A stretch of 42,038 nt of DNA, taken from Anaerolineae bacterium (GTDB lineage: Bacteria > Chloroflexota > Anaerolineae > UBA4142). Positions 1 to 9,385 of the stretch are shown one piece after another (positions within the stretch are counted from its first letter, which is position 1; each line of letters opens with the position of its first letter). The stretch is taken from NCBI GenBank assembly GCA_034435315.1, contig DAOTYB010000194.1, positions 1-42,038 on the forward strand, read 5' to 3'. The position numbers and the translations under genes were made by a program. Under the pieces are notes generated by a model. The model worked only from the letters and a program-made list of their open reading frames with translations, searched no databases and was not told the DNA's origin.

Positions 1-375
1 AAGTTGCGCCGACGACACTCGAAGCGCGCGAAGTTGCGCCGACGACACTCGAAGCGCGCGAAGTTGCGCCGACGACACTCGAAGCGCGCGAAGTTGCGCC
101 GACGACACTCGAAGCGCGCGAAGTTGCACCGACGCCACTCGAAGCGCGCGAAGTTGCACCGACGACACTCGAAGCGCGCGAAGTTGCGCCGACGACATTC
201 GAAGCGCGCGAAGTTGCACCGACGACACTCGAAGCGCGCGAAGTTGCGCCGACGCCACTCGAAACGCGCGAAGTTGCACCGACGACACTCGAAGCGCGCG
301 AAGTTGCGCCGACGCCACTCGAAACGCGCGAAGTTGCGCCGACGCCACTCGAAACGCGCGAAGTTGCGCCGACAA
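1..375. repeat. 30-bp tandem repeat, 12 full units plus a partial 13th (consensus AAGTTGCGCCGACGACACTCGAAGCGCGCG), cut by the window edge
   Basis: Units sit in exact register at 1-30, 31-60 ... 331-360. Only four unit positions vary (8 G/A, 15 A/C, 18 C/T, 24 G/A). No spacers between units. Confidence 0.97.
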
Positions 376-383
376 TTGAACCA

Positions 384-1592
384 ATGTCGGAATCTCGCGT
401 TGAATCGCCGATACCTGTTGCGCCTTCTCCCGCACCTGCTCTGCACCCACCATCGCTCGAAGCGCCAAGTGCAGATGAACACGCCTTACCCATCAGCGGT
501 CCTGTTCTGATTGCTGGCGCGGCATTTCTTGCGTTATTGGCTGTTATCACGATGTGGATTGTGCTCGACAATGTGGTGCCGAACCGACCGATTAGCCAGT
601 TCTTTGCAGGATTGATGGGCGCTCCCACGCCAACGCGCGTGACGACTGCACCTGCGGGACCCAACATTGCACCGTTGCTCGCGCAGGGCGATCAACTCTT
701 GCTGCGCAGTCAGATTGATGTGGCGATTGTACAGTATCAAAACGCGGCGCAACTCGCGCCTGCCAGTGCCGAGCCGCTGGTACGCTGGTCGCGCGCACTG
801 GCGTTCAAAGGGTTTATCCCCGATGCGCTAGCCAAAGCGCAACAAGCCGCTCAGCGCGCGCCCAACGATGTAGAAGTGCAAGCGCAACTCTGTCGCGCGC
901 TCGCGTGGAGTGGTCGCATTGACGAGGCGGTGAGAGCCGGCGAACGCGCCGTGCAACTGGATATGCGCAACGTGAACGCGCGCGCGAATCTCGCCGAGGC
1001 GTATTTGCTTGCGCAACGCACCGTCGAAGCGCAAGCCGCTGCGAATGCCGCGCTGCAAATCGCGCCCTCCAGTGCCGAAGCCCAGCGCGCGCAGGCATGG
1101 GTGTACACAATTCTCAACCAGCGCGAGAATGCACTGAACGCATGGAAACAAACGGTAACTCTCGAACCCAATTTCTACTTTCGCCATTTCGAGTATGGCG
1201 AAGTGTTGCGCTTGTACTTTGACGCGCCAGAAGAAGCCGTTGCGGAACATCAAAAAGCCGTGAATCTGTACGGCGCGTACGTGCCCGCCATCCGCCGATT
1301 GGGGTTGGCGTTTCTGGCGACGAACAAACCGCAGGAGGCAATTCCCACGTTGCGTCGCGCGCTCGCCCTCGATCCCGTGAGCGAAGCGTACGCGAGTCTG
1401 GGGTTGGCATTTGGTATGGCCAACCAATGCTCACAAGCAATTCCGTACTTTGAAGAAGCCCTGCGGATGGATCCGAACAATATCCTTGCCCAACGTAGTC
1501 TGGCAGATTGTCGCGCGGGCAAAACGCCCACACTGCCACCACTCCAGCCCTTGCAAGTGCCGCTGACTCCTCCAACCGTCACAGCAAAATAA
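384..1592 (+). CDS. Single-pass membrane-anchored TPR-repeat protein; may extend 5' through the tandem repeat beyond the window
   Basis: P/A/S-rich linker, TM helix ([21 protein letters not shown]), then repeated TPR-like A/L/Y-rich 34-aa units (e.g. [30 protein letters not shown]). The same frame has no stop from position 3 to 384. Confidence 0.85.
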   Translation: MSESRVESPIPVAPSPAPALHPPSLEAPSADEHALPISGPVLIAGAAFLALLAVITMWIVLDNVVPNRPISQFFAGLMGAPTPTRVTTAPAGPNIAPLLAQGDQLLLRSQIDVAIVQYQNAAQLAPASAEPLVRWSRALAFKGFIPDALAKAQQAAQRAPNDVEVQAQLCRALAWSGRIDEAVRAGERAVQLDMRNVNARANLAEAYLLAQRTVEAQAAANAALQIAPSSAEAQRAQAWVYTILNQRENALNAWKQTVTLEPNFYFRHFEYGEVLRLYFDAPEEAVAEHQKAVNLYGAYVPAIRRLGLAFLATNKPQEAIPTLRRALALDPVSEAYASLGLAFGMANQCSQAIPYFEEALRMDPNNILAQRSLADCRAGKTPTLPPLQPLQVPLTPPTVTAK

Positions 1593-1683
1593 GCGCATAC
1601 TTTTGCGGCAGAGAGAGAAAATCAAAAGAATCCGCAATTCGACGGTCATCCGGGGTATTGCGCCTTGCAACCCACTTGATATT

Positions 1684-2784
1684 ATGATGATTCCATTTTT
1701 CGATCTCACCCAACAGTACGAAAACATCAAAACCGAAATTGACGACGCGACCGCGCGCGTGTTGAAAAGTGGCTGGTTCATCCTGGGACCTGAGGTGCGC
1801 GCGTTCGAGCAAGAATTTGCCGAGTACATCGGCGCGCGGTTTGCGCTTGGCGTCGGCTCGGGCACCGAAGCGCTGCATCTCGCGCTGCTCGCGCTTGGCG
1901 TCGGCGCAGGCGACGAAGTGATTACAGTGCCGAACACCGCGGTTGCTACGGTCGCCGCCATCGAACTCACGGGCGCGCGCGCGGTATTGTGCGACGTGCA
2001 CGCGGATTCGATGCTGATGGATGTCGCGTCGCTCGAACGCGCCATCACGCCGCGCACGCGCGCGATCATTCCCGTCCATCTCTTTGGACAAAGTTGCGAT
2101 CTCGATCCGATTCTGGAGATGGCGCGCGCGCGCAAGATTTTCGTGCTGGAGGATTGCGCGCAAGCGCACGGCGCGACGTATCGCGGCAAGCGCGTCGGCA
2201 GTTTCGGTGACATTGCCGCGTTCAGTTTCTATCCGACGAAGAATCTGGGCGCGTACGGCGATGGCGGCGCGATCGTGACGAACGACGCGCAACTCGCCGA
2301 GCGCGTGAATCTGTTGCGACAGTACGGCTGGCGCGAGCGTTACGTGAGCGAAATCAAAGGCACCAACTCGCGCCTCGACGAACTTCAGGCGGCGATTCTG
2401 CGCGTCAAGTTGCGGCATCTCGACGCGTGGAACGCCGCGCGCCGCGAACGCGCCGCGCTCTACACCGAACTGCTCCGCACCGTCATGCCACCGCGCGAGA
2501 TGGCGTACGGTCAGCATGTCTATCATCTCTACGTCGTCCAATCATCCAATCGTCAATCTCTAATTTCCCATCTCCAATCGCACGGCATCGGCACCGCCAT
2601 TCACTATCCGCTGGCGATTCATCAGCAAGCCGCGTACGCGAATCTGGGCTATCGCGATGAGGATTTACCGGTCGCGTCGCGCCTCGCGCGGGAGATCGTC
2701 TCGTTGCCGTTGTATCCCGAACTCGCGCTGGACGATGTGCGCGTGGTGGCGAACGCGGTGAATGAGGTGACGAAGGACGGATGA
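1684..2784 (+). CDS. DegT/DnrJ/EryC1/StrS-family PLP-dependent sugar aminotransferase (ArnB/WecE-like)
   Basis: [16 protein letters not shown]..., [49 protein letters not shown] and [18 protein letters not shown] are typical of the family. Start moved from ORF start 1603 to ATG 1684. Confidence 0.9.
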   Translation: MMIPFFDLTQQYENIKTEIDDATARVLKSGWFILGPEVRAFEQEFAEYIGARFALGVGSGTEALHLALLALGVGAGDEVITVPNTAVATVAAIELTGARAVLCDVHADSMLMDVASLERAITPRTRAIIPVHLFGQSCDLDPILEMARARKIFVLEDCAQAHGATYRGKRVGSFGDIAAFSFYPTKNLGAYGDGGAIVTNDAQLAERVNLLRQYGWRERYVSEIKGTNSRLDELQAAILRVKLRHLDAWNAARRERAALYTELLRTVMPPREMAYGQHVYHLYVVQSSNRQSLISHLQSHGIGTAIHYPLAIHQQAAYANLGYRDEDLPVASRLAREIVSLPLYPELALDDVRVVANAVNEVTKDG

Positions 2785-2817
2785 CGAAGGACGAAAGACA
2801 GAGGACGAAGGATGGAG
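2769..2817. repeat. Heptamer tandem array (GACGAAG-like x7) spanning the aminotransferase stop codon
   Basis: gacgaag gacggat gacgaag gacgaaa gacagag gacgaag gatggag read directly. Confidence 0.9.
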
Positions 2818-2845
2818 TACGGAGGTTACTTTGTCACGTGAAACA

Positions 2846-3226
2846 ATGATGGCGCTGGCTTGGCTCATTCCAGCCATGTTGCTCACCACCACAGGCGAAT
2901 TGTTCTTGAAACGCGGAATGAATCAAGTTGGCGTTTTGGATTTTACCGCCACAGATACGCTCATACCAACGTTTATCAAAATATTCACGAATCCAAACAT
3001 CTGGATCGGATTTATCGGATTTGGGCTGGGGTCGCTCTTTTGGCTCTCGGTGATTTCGCGCGTGCCACTTTCTCTTGCTTATCCGATGCTCGGCTTGATG
3101 TATGTGATTATCGTCGTCGAGTCGTGGATTTTTCTTGGTGAGGGATTGCACCCGCTCCGGGTGATCGGTTCGATCATCGTGGGCATCGGAGTTGCGTTGG
3201 TGGGGTTGAGTAGTGTGGAACACTGA
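2846..3226 (+). CDS. Small 4-TM EamA/SMR-like membrane protein (ArnE/ArnF-like flippase-subunit candidate)
   Basis: About 126 aa and very hydrophobic with four predicted helices. Located between the aminotransferase and the GT39 gene. ORF opens at TTG 2831; ATG 2846 preferred. Confidence 0.65.
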   Translation: MMALAWLIPAMLLTTTGELFLKRGMNQVGVLDFTATDTLIPTFIKIFTNPNIWIGFIGFGLGSLFWLSVISRVPLSLAYPMLGLMYVIIVVESWIFLGEGLHPLRVIGSIIVGIGVALVGLSSVEH

Positions 3227-5576
3227 CGAACGACGAACGACGAACGCCTTCGTCATTCGTCATTGGTCATTCGTCTTTTGTCCTTCGTCATTGGTCTATG
3301 GCATTCTCCTGCTCGCGTTCCTCGCGCGCGCGTATCGCCTTGCCGATCAAAATGTGTGGTGGGACGAGGGCTGGAGTGTGTGGCTCTCGCAAAAAGATGT
3401 GGCGTGGATCGCGCTGCGCACCGCGATGGACGAACATCCACCGTTGCATTACTGGATGCTCCACTTTTGGAATTTCGTCGCGGGTACCAGCGCGTTCAGC
3501 GGGCGATTCGTTTCGCTTGCGTTCGGCGTGCTGACAGTCGCGCTGATCTATCGCATCGGCAAGCGCATCGGCGGTACGTGGGTTGGCGTACTTGCCGCGC
3601 TCTTCCTCGCGACGGCACGCTTTCACATCTGGTGGTCGCAAGACATCAAGAATTACACCCCCTCGATTTTCTTCGCGTTCGCGGCGGTATGGTTCGCGCT
3701 CCAGATTTTCGATTTTCGATCGCCAATCGCCGATGAGGCGCGCAATCTAAAATCGCCAATCGCAAATCGCAAATCTTTCGTCCTTCGTCCTTCGTCCATT
3801 GCCTACGCGCTCTGCGCCGCGCTCGCGCTGTGGACGCACTATCTCGCCGCGCTTGTTCTGCTCGCGCTCAATGTGTATGCTGTGATTGTCCTCGTGCGCG
3901 AGTTTCACGTTTCACGTTTCACGTTTCACGATTTACGATTCGTCCTTCGTCCTTCGTCCTTCGTCCAATGGTTTGTTGCCAACGCGCTCGCCGCCGCGCT
4001 CTTTGTCCCGTGGCTCTACCTCTATCTGCAAAACGCGGCAGAATGGACGGCGGCACCCGCGTTCGATTTCGCGCTCTTTCTCAAACTCGTGGCAACCGTT
4101 TTGCCGCTGGGCGTCACGACGAACATTGACGATTACGCCGCGCTGACGATTGCGTTCACCATTTTGATCACGCTGGGATGTATTCCGCAAACACTTGCCT
4201 CTCGCCATCTGCCTCTCGCCTCCCGCCTCCTGCCTCCTGCCTCCTGCCTCCTGCCGGCTCTGATCGTCGCGCTGCCTCCGATCCTCATCTATCTCCTCTC
4301 GCTCACGCCTGCCGCGTTCTTTGCGCCCAAAATCCAGGCGCGCTATTTGCTGGTGCTGTTGCCTGCCTATGTGATTCTGCTCGCGCTCGGCATTCGATTC
4401 CTTTCGCGGCTTTCGCGCCCTGTCGCGATTGTCGCGCTCTTGTTTGTGCTTGGCGCTAACGCGTTTGTGCTGAACGATTACTATGCCGCGCGGCGCTTGC
4501 GCGACGAGTACACGACGCTCGCCAACACGATCAACGCGTTTGCGCGCGCCGGCGATGTGGTGTTGCTCGATACCGATCAAGAGTGGCCCACGTTCCTGTA
4601 CTATCTGCGCGCGCCGCTCGATTGGCTGGGCGTGCCGAATGGCAAAACGATGACCGAAGCCGATGCGGACGCGCTCGCGCGGCGCGCGCTGATGCGTCAC
4701 GATGCCGTGTGGCTGGTGGTGATTCCCGACGCGCTGGCGACCGACCCGCAAAAACTTTTGGAGACGCGGCTCGCGCGCGAGTTGCCCAGACGACTGGAGC
4801 AGACGTTCGATGACAAACGGTTGGTGCTGTACGCGCGTGACGCGCGCGACTTGGTTCACGTGGCGCGCGAGAATTTCGCGCCGCAGTTCGTACGGCAACA
4901 ACGCCTCAACGATGATGTGACCCTGTTGGGTTATGATTTACCGGTGCGCGAGGCGCGCGGCGGTGATACGGTGCGCGTGGTAACGTACTGGGACGCGCGT
5001 GCGGCACAACCCAACTTGCCTGTTCCCATTCCAGCCGGCGAGCGCGTCCGTGTGCAAACCGACCTGTTCGTTCCGCCCGACGCGCGCGCGTTCAGCGTGA
5101 ACATCAACGGCATCGAACTCGCGCGCCTCGCGGTTGCGCCGCGCGTCGCGCGTGCGCGCGCGGGCGAAATCGCCAATCGTGTGGACTATCGGCTGGGTGA
5201 CGCGATCCACCTCGTCGGTTACGATCTTTCGACCGCGAACCTGAAACCAAACGAAACCTTGAACGTGAAACTGTATTGGCGCGCCGAGCGTCCTATCGAA
5301 AAAAGTTATACCGTGTTCGCGCAAATCGTCGGCGAGTTCAATCCGCGCAAAAATAATCCGCTGTGGGGACAGGTGGATCGCGCGCCATCGCCGCCGACGA
5401 ACGCGTGGCTGCCGGACGAAATCGTCGCGGAGACGTACCGCATCGTGATTGACGCGGACGCGCCGGCGGGCACATACACGCTCATCGTCGGAATGTACGA
5501 CGCGGCAACCGGCGCGCGCTTGCTGGTGGAGGGTGGCGGTGATCACATCGCGCTGGCTCAGATTCAGGTGCGCTAA
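3213..5576 (+). CDS. GT-C fold glycosyltransferase, family 39/83 (ArnT / PMT_2-like), with a large C-terminal extracytoplasmic domain
   Basis: N-terminal TM helix then WWDEGWSVW (DE motif), DEHPPLHYW, and many TM helices. True start is uncertain: ATG 3213 lies inside a heptamer array; in-frame TTG 3291 is an alternative. Confidence 0.85.
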   Translation: MWNTDERRTTNAFVIRHWSFVFCPSSLVYGILLLAFLARAYRLADQNVWWDEGWSVWLSQKDVAWIALRTAMDEHPPLHYWMLHFWNFVAGTSAFSGRFVSLAFGVLTVALIYRIGKRIGGTWVGVLAALFLATARFHIWWSQDIKNYTPSIFFAFAAVWFALQIFDFRSPIADEARNLKSPIANRKSFVLRPSSIAYALCAALALWTHYLAALVLLALNVYAVIVLVREFHVSRFTFHDLRFVLRPSSFVQWFVANALAAALFVPWLYLYLQNAAEWTAAPAFDFALFLKLVATVLPLGVTTNIDDYAALTIAFTILITLGCIPQTLASRHLPLASRLLPPASCLLPALIVALPPILIYLLSLTPAAFFAPKIQARYLLVLLPAYVILLALGIRFLSRLSRPVAIVALLFVLGANAFVLNDYYAARRLRDEYTTLANTINAFARAGDVVLLDTDQEWPTFLYYLRAPLDWLGVPNGKTMTEADADALARRALMRHDAVWLVVIPDALATDPQKLLETRLARELPRRLEQTFDDKRLVLYARDARDLVHVARENFAPQFVRQQRLNDDVTLLGYDLPVREARGGDTVRVVTYWDARAAQPNLPVPIPAGERVRVQTDLFVPPDARAFSVNINGIELARLAVAPRVARARAGEIANRVDYRLGDAIHLVGYDLSTANLKPNETLNVKLYWRAERPIEKSYTVFAQIVGEFNPRKNNPLWGQVDRAPSPPTNAWLPDEIVAETYRIVIDADAPAGTYTLIVGMYDAATGARLLVEGGGDHIALAQIQVR
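3225..3297. repeat. Inverted heptamer arrays: (GACGAAC)x3 followed by (TTCGTCA-like)x7
   Basis: Read directly. The two arms are mutually complementary (GACGAA / TTCGTC) and could fold. Overlaps the annotated 5' end of the GT39 ORF. Confidence 0.9.
3704..3799. repeat. Heptamer arrays (GATTTTC, AATCGCC/AATCGCA, CGTCCTT units) inside the GT39 CDS
   Basis: Read directly. Translated in frame as ...FRSPIADEARNLKSPIANRKSFVLRPSS... Confidence 0.9.
3902..3966. repeat. Heptamer arrays (GTTTCAC x4, then CCTTCGT x3-4) inside the GT39 CDS
   Basis: Read directly. Translated in frame as FHVSRFTFHDLRFVLRPSSFV. Confidence 0.9.
4194..4256. repeat. Heptamer array (CCTGCCT-like x9, 63 nt) inside the GT39 CDS
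   Basis: Read directly. Translated in frame as LASRHLPLASRLLPPASCLLP. Confidence 0.9.
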
Positions 5577-5715
5577 ATTCAAGTGGGTAACACGCAACAC
5601 GCGGCGAAGGGTTGCGAGATTCGTATGACGCGTGCGCCAGACATCGTTGACGCGGAAGGGGCTTGGCAGAAAGGATTTTTTGTAATAGAATTGCATCGAA
5701 GGAAGAATCAAAACA

Positions 5716-6402
5716 ATGAGTGATTTACCCGCGCCTATTCGAATCGTCGTGATTGAACCGCACACTTTGGTACGTGAAGGGTTGATCGCGTTACTGAAGC
5801 AAGAGACAACATTTTGCATTGTGGGGGAAACGGGTAGCGTACCCGACGCACTCGCGCTGATAGCGCGCGAACAGCCAGACATTGTCCTGTTCGAGCCGAC
5901 GGGTCTGGAGCAAGACAGGTATGAATTGATTGATCAGATGCGCGCCGCTGCGCCAGAGGCTCGTCTCATTATGGTGACATACTTGTCTGATACAGCGGTA
6001 CACCAACAGGCTGTGCAACGCGGTGTGACAGGCATCGTGCTGAAAACGCAAACGGCAAAGACGCTGACCAAAGCGATTGCCAGAGTCTATGGCGGTGAGG
6101 CGTGGTTGGATCGTTCTATGGTGGCAATTGTGATCACGCGAATCGCACGCGATCAAGATGCCGCGCGCGATGACCCGGAGAAAATGCGCATCGCCTTGCT
6201 CAGTCCAAGAGAAATTGAGATCGTCCGGCTGATCGCCAGAGGGTTGAAGAATAAAGTCATCGCAAAACAGATGTGTATCAGTGAGCACACAGTGCGCCAT
6301 CATTTGACTTCGATCTTTTCTAAATTACAGGTGAACGATCGTTTAGAGTTGATGATTTTTGCCTACCGACATGGACTGGGTGATTTGCCCAGGGCAAACT
6401 GA
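5716..6402 (+). CDS. NarL/FixJ-family response regulator (REC + LuxR-type HTH) with an atypical receiver domain
   Basis: C-terminal LSPREIEIVRLIARGLKNKVIAKQMCISEHTVRHHLTSIFSKL is a LuxR HTH. The receiver aligns to NarL, but the acidic pair is EP and the phosphoacceptor position is Glu (DIVLFEP). Confidence 0.9.
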   Translation: MSDLPAPIRIVVIEPHTLVREGLIALLKQETTFCIVGETGSVPDALALIAREQPDIVLFEPTGLEQDRYELIDQMRAAAPEARLIMVTYLSDTAVHQQAVQRGVTGIVLKTQTAKTLTKAIARVYGGEAWLDRSMVAIVITRIARDQDAARDDPEKMRIALLSPREIEIVRLIARGLKNKVIAKQMCISEHTVRHHLTSIFSKLQVNDRLELMIFAYRHGLGDLPRAN

Positions 6403-6410
6403 CAGATAGA

Positions 6411-6445
6411 CCCGCAGAGCGTTATCTCTGCGGGTCTTTTCTTTT
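6411..6445 (+). terminator. Rho-independent terminator after the response regulator gene
   Basis: cccgcagag-cgttat-ctctgcggg followed by tcttttctttt. Confidence 0.8.
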
Positions 6446-6463
6446 GCAAGTCCTGTCGGCACA

Positions 6464-6958
6464 TTAGTGCTTTTTGATTAGCACAAACCAGCCATCGAAC
6501 TCTCTCTGAAAATAGGCGTCTATGCCTATCGCAAAGGCATTACGTGACGATGCATTTCTCGGAGCGGTGATGATATACTCAACGGTGTGATAACGGGACA
6601 AGTCTCCGGCACGGAGCGGCGACGCAAACCGCGAATCACGTGTGCGTATCCTGCTATCGTGCGCGATCTGGAAAACCGATTTTAAGAGCGCGCGCGACTT
6701 GGCAACCTCAGCGCTGGAGGACTTTATCTCCGTTTGAACCGTGTACTGGAACCGGGATGCCAACTCTGGGTGTTGATTCACCTGGCAGCCGAGCCAACAG
6801 AACAGACGGTGACACTTGCCGTACGCGAGATTGTTGTGCGGAGTGAAACCCAGCCCGACGGACAATGGGGCGTGGCACTCACGGTGGATCGCTATCGTTT
6901 TCTCTAAAGCAAGGTCGCGCAAAGTAGGGTGAAAGGAAAAGCAAAATGAAAAAGGCAA
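6464..6958 (-). CDS. Hypothetical protein (no family recognised)
   Basis: 164-aa ORF in an AT-richer stretch, with no competing ORF of similar quality. Only one Met, and its 5' end overlaps the divergent gene start, so start and reality are uncertain. Confidence 0.35.
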   Translation of the reverse strand: MPFSFCFSFHPTLRDLALEKTIAIHRECHAPLSVGLGFTPHNNLAYGKCHRLFCWLGCQVNQHPELASRFQYTVQTEIKSSSAEVAKSRALLKSVFQIAHDSRIRTRDSRFASPLRAGDLSRYHTVEYIITAPRNASSRNAFAIGIDAYFQREFDGWFVLIKKH

Positions 6959-7635
6959 TGAACGTTTTCAAGATGATGTTCTTGGTAGCGACGTTTACGC
7001 TACTTGCAGTGACAATGGTTTCTGCAGCGGCGCCCACCGTGGGGACTGGCACCGCCGATGTAGACGGCAATTACGCTGAGTGGAATTTGGCTGACGATTT
7101 CTTCGCGAATATGTACAAAGCCGCCAATTCTAACAAGGAGACGCTCGCCAAGTTATCCCTGCGCTATGATTGCAAAACGCAGACGCTCTACGCGCTGGTG
7201 CTGGTTGAGCCCGGGCACACGATTGCTGCCAATGTGGGACCGGGTGAACACTATCTTAAACTTGGAACAAGCATCCTCGTCAAAGAGTCAGACGGTGACG
7301 ATGGCACGCCTCCCGACTTTGCGTGGATTAACAAACGGACTGGCTCGCTGGGTGTTGACATTGCCGATGGCTGGGAAGCGTCTGTATCACTCACCACCGG
7401 CAATTACAGCAACTTTAACGCCCACACCAACGTAGATTGGAACGGTACGGCATGGGACACGGCGGCAGTCGAGAATCGCTCGATTGCGATGTATATTGTC
7501 TGCACGCCCACCGCGGTCACCCTCTCCTCGTTCCACGCGCAGCCCGATGCGAGCGATACACCGTGGGCAACGTGGGTTGGCGCGGTAGGTCTGATCGTTG
7601 CCGGTTGGAGCGCGTTTCTGTTCGCGCGGCGCTAG
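6946..7635 (+). CDS. Secreted protein with N-terminal signal peptide and C-terminal hydrophobic anchor plus basic tail
   Basis: MKKAMNVFKMMFLVATFTLLAVTMVSAAAP signal. C-terminus is TAVTLSSFHAQPDASDTPWATWVGAVGLIVAGWSAFLFARR. Confidence 0.75.
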   Translation: MKKAMNVFKMMFLVATFTLLAVTMVSAAAPTVGTGTADVDGNYAEWNLADDFFANMYKAANSNKETLAKLSLRYDCKTQTLYALVLVEPGHTIAANVGPGEHYLKLGTSILVKESDGDDGTPPDFAWINKRTGSLGVDIADGWEASVSLTTGNYSNFNAHTNVDWNGTAWDTAAVENRSIAMYIVCTPTAVTLSSFHAQPDASDTPWATWVGAVGLIVAGWSAFLFARR

Positions 7636-7666
7636 GCGCGGCAAAGCACATTTCGTCAAGGAGAAC

Positions 7667-7831
7667 ATGATGAATAATCAAGCCCCAAAAAAGTTGCAAC
7701 CCTCAGAACCGAATGTACCCAAGCAAGCGTACGAGCGCCCCGCGATCATTTATCGCGCGCCACTGGAAACAACTGCTGGCTTTTGCACAACCAAATCCGA
7801 TCCCTCTTGTTTATCGCCTCAAACTAGTTGA
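7667..7831 (+). CDS. 54-aa small protein, RiPP-precursor-like (leader-like N-terminal part, Cys/Ser/Thr-rich C-terminal part)
   Basis: AAGGAGA Shine-Dalgarno 4-10 nt upstream of ATGATG. Sequence MMNNQAPKKLQPSEPNVPKQAYERPAIIYRAPLETTAGFCTTKSDPSCLSPQTS. Followed by a strong terminator. Confidence 0.55.
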   Translation: MMNNQAPKKLQPSEPNVPKQAYERPAIIYRAPLETTAGFCTTKSDPSCLSPQTS

Positions 7832-7888
7832 AACGCGTCAGACGATTCACAACGGGCAACACTCTTGTTTCCTATCAACGATTGAAAA

Positions 7889-7927
7889 ATATCGTCCCGC
7901 GAGGTTTCTCGCGGGACGATATTTTTT
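7889..7927. terminator. Bidirectional rho-independent terminator between the small ORF (+) and icd (-)
   Basis: 15-bp perfect stem atatcgtcccgcgag / ctcgcgggacgatat, loop gttt, flanked by an A-run and a T-run. Confidence 0.85.
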
Positions 7928-7934
7928 GTGGTGG

Positions 7935-9233
<1,299 letters not shown>

Positions 9234-9261
9234 AAGTTACTCCTTTCCGAAAAATGGTGGG

Positions 9262-9385
9262 ATTGTGTAATTATTCAGCCGTGCCGTCCATCGCGACAAG
9301 CCCCACCCCCTTGCTCCTTCCCCACGCCGCTCTGCAGCGTGGGGAGGGGGAATTAGAGGGAGTGGGGTGGTGGCGGGGAGAAGGC
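9262..9385. repeat. GC-rich nested-palindrome element (same family as 18562-18728, 21583-21848, 41658-41792)
   Basis: Contains hairpin module ctccccacgccgctctgcagcgtggggag and flank gtaattattcagccgtgccgtccatcgcgacaagccccaccccc, which is the reverse complement of 41750-41795. Confidence 0.85.

Noticed and set aside
1-375. The regular 30-bp periodic repeat looked like a possible CRISPR array.
   Set aside because: Units abut directly with no spacers, there is no leader, and no cas genes are in the window. It is a tandem (minisatellite-type) repeat.
1579-2541. 320-aa minus-strand ORF opposite the aminotransferase gene. Similar cases: 828-1427, 3933-4901, 4938-5882, 10149-11129, 29366-30310.
   Set aside because: These are antisense to genes with strong family signatures. 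The translations are Arg/His/Ala-rich low-complexity sequences typical of spurious open frames in high-GC DNA.
6464-7831. A complete lasso-peptide gene cluster around the small ORF, for example with 6464-6958 as the B2 peptidase.
   Set aside because: The 164-aa product shows no transglutaminase-like Cys-His-Asp pattern. No Asn-synthetase-like cyclase, PqqD-like RRE or ABC exporter is present in the window. Only the precursor-like peptide is reported, as a low-confidence lead.
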